NCBI GenBank assembly: GCA_038087875.1
Contig: CM075996.1
Coordinates: 7,256,001-7,320,000, forward strand
Origin: Malacoraja senta
Taxonomy: Eukaryota
DNA length: 64,000 nucleotides
Reading direction: 5' to 3'
The position numbers and the translations under genes are program-made. Positions 62,104 through 64,000 of the stretch are shown in pieces. Each line of letters begins with the position of its first letter. Position 1 is the stretch's first letter. The notes below the pieces were generated by a model, which was given only the letters and a program-made list of their open reading frames with translations, had not been told where the DNA came from and did no database searches.

Positions 62104-64000
62104 ATCCATATTATGTTCTATTTGGTTCCAATTCCACCAATGCTGAGGCCAGCTGCAATACCTGGACTCTTGCCAAAGCTGAAATATACTAACTTGACAC
62201 AGATTAAACTCATGGACTTTTTGATGCAAGTGTCCCTGTGCCACAGCGCCACCTGTCTGGCTAACAAGTGGCCTCTGTAGTAATACTCCTTTTTAAAAAA
62301 GGATTTGATTTGTGCATGCCAGCAGAACTCTCTGTTCACAGACGTGTGATCATGGAGCATCCTTCATTTTGGATCGCAGGATTGTAACCATTTGCCTTTC
62401 ACCTCTATTAGCTCAGTTTAGCGATACAGCGTGGAAACACTAGGCCCTTCGCCCCACCGAGTCCGCGTCGACCAACAATCACCCCGTACACTAATTCTGT
62501 CCTACACACTCGGGACAGTTTACTGAAGCCAATTAACCTGCAACCTGTACGTCTTAGGAATGTGGGAGGAAACCGGAGCACCCGGAGGAAACCCACGTGG
62601 TCATATGGAGAACGTGCAACCTCTGTACAGGCGGCACCCATAGTCTGGGTCGAACCCGGGTCTCTGGCGCTGTATGATGGCAGCAAATCTACCGCTGCGC
62701 TATCGAGCCACCCTTTTTTTCGAGGCCTCATACAGGTAGTTACTGCCAGGTTGCTGAATGGTGGAAATTCAATTGCTTTGGATCGAATTGAGCCAGCAGT
62801 AATGCCATCAGTAACCCAGAGAGTTGTGAATTTGTGGAATTCCCTGCCACAGAGGGCAGTGGAGGCCAAGTCACTGGATGGATTTAAGAGAGAGTTAGAT
62901 AGAGCTCTAGGGGGCTAGTGGAATCAAGGGATATGGGGAGAAGGCAGGCACGGGTTATTGATTGGGGACGATCAGCCATGATCGCAATGAATGGCGGTGC
63001 TGGCTAGAAGGGCCGAATGGCCTCCTCCTGCACCTGTTTTCTATGTTTCTATCTAGCCAAAAGATGTCACTGTGGACTGACTTGTCCTGTGAGCGTGTAA
63101 TATACTGTCACTGTATGACTGACTCTGACTCTGTGACAGTGTGGTCTTGTTACTGTCTGACTGACCGATCGACCCTGTCATAGGCTAGCGTTGTCACTGT
63201 GTAATTAGCTGACTCCATGTTAATGCAGTTCTGTCAGTACGTGACTGGTGCCTTTGGATCTTGTTTGATCTCTTAATCAGCTTATTTTGCTCCTTGGCAT
63301 TCATCTTAATTTGGCCAGTCCTCTATTAGTACCCTAAACATTCACTAAGGCCTTTTGTTCAATGTTATCATCTTTGTGATTATGATTTTACGCACATCAT
63401 TGGAACAGGCCTTCAGCCCAAGCCAACCCGTTCACACCACTTCTATGTTCTCCCACTCCTTGCACACTGGGGGCCAATTTACAGAGTCCAATTAACCTAC
63501 AAGCCCACAAGTCTTTGGGATGTGAGGGATAAACCAGGAGGAAATGCACTCGCTCACAGGCAGAACATGCAAACTTACAAGGATGTTGCCATGGCTAAAG
63601 GGTCTGAGCTACAGGGAGAGGTTGAGTAGGCTGGGTCTCTTTTCCTTGGAGCGCAGGGAGAATGAGGGGTGATCTTATTGAGGTGTATAGAGACATAGAA
63701 ACATAGAAAATAGGTGCAGGAGTAGGCCATTCGGCACTTTGAGCCTGCACCGCCATTCAATATGATCATGGCTGATCATCCAACTCAGTATCCTGTACCT
63801 GCCTTCTCTCCATACCCCCATATAAAATCATGAGAGGAATAGATTGCGTGGATGCACTGCGTAAAACAGAACTGCAGATGCTGGTTTAAACCAAAGATGG
63901 ACACAAAAAGCTGGAGTAACTCAACAGACAGGCAGCATCTCTGGAGAGAAGGAATGGGTAACGTTTTGGGTCGAGACCCTTCTTCATACAGGGGAATCAG

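Overview
Vertebrate genomic DNA, most likely a cartilaginous fish (skate/ray-type), judged from abundant HE1/V-SINE-like SINEs, CR1, Rex1/Babar and Penelope-like repeats. Most of the window is interspersed repeat. The one clear protein-coding gene is a Kir6-family ATP-sensitive inward-rectifier K+ channel (KCNJ11/Kir6.2-like) with an intronless CDS at 15152-16342 on the minus strand. It has a splice acceptor just 5' of the ATG and a candidate non-coding first exon near 27.6 kb. A CpG island at about 49.7-50.0 kb carries ZNF143-, NRF1- and ETS-type motifs and looks like the housekeeping or bidirectional promoter of an unidentified gene. The most striking non-genic signal is a family of more than a dozen head-to-head palindromes built from the Penelope terminal repeat. 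Their arms carry a minimal hammerhead-ribozyme-like core (CTGAAGA..GAAACGTC) on opposite strands, and in several copies both arms share private mutations. Also present: six Harbinger-like MITEs (TWA-type TSD), an 8-bp-TSD hAT MITE, an 8-bp-TSD P-like MITE with a doubled end, a teleost AFC-like CORE-SINE, a 126-bp structured retroposon with a 12-bp TSD, several minisatellites and two old local duplications. Repeat family names are from recognition only; no database was searched, and repeat boundaries are approximate unless a TSD is given.
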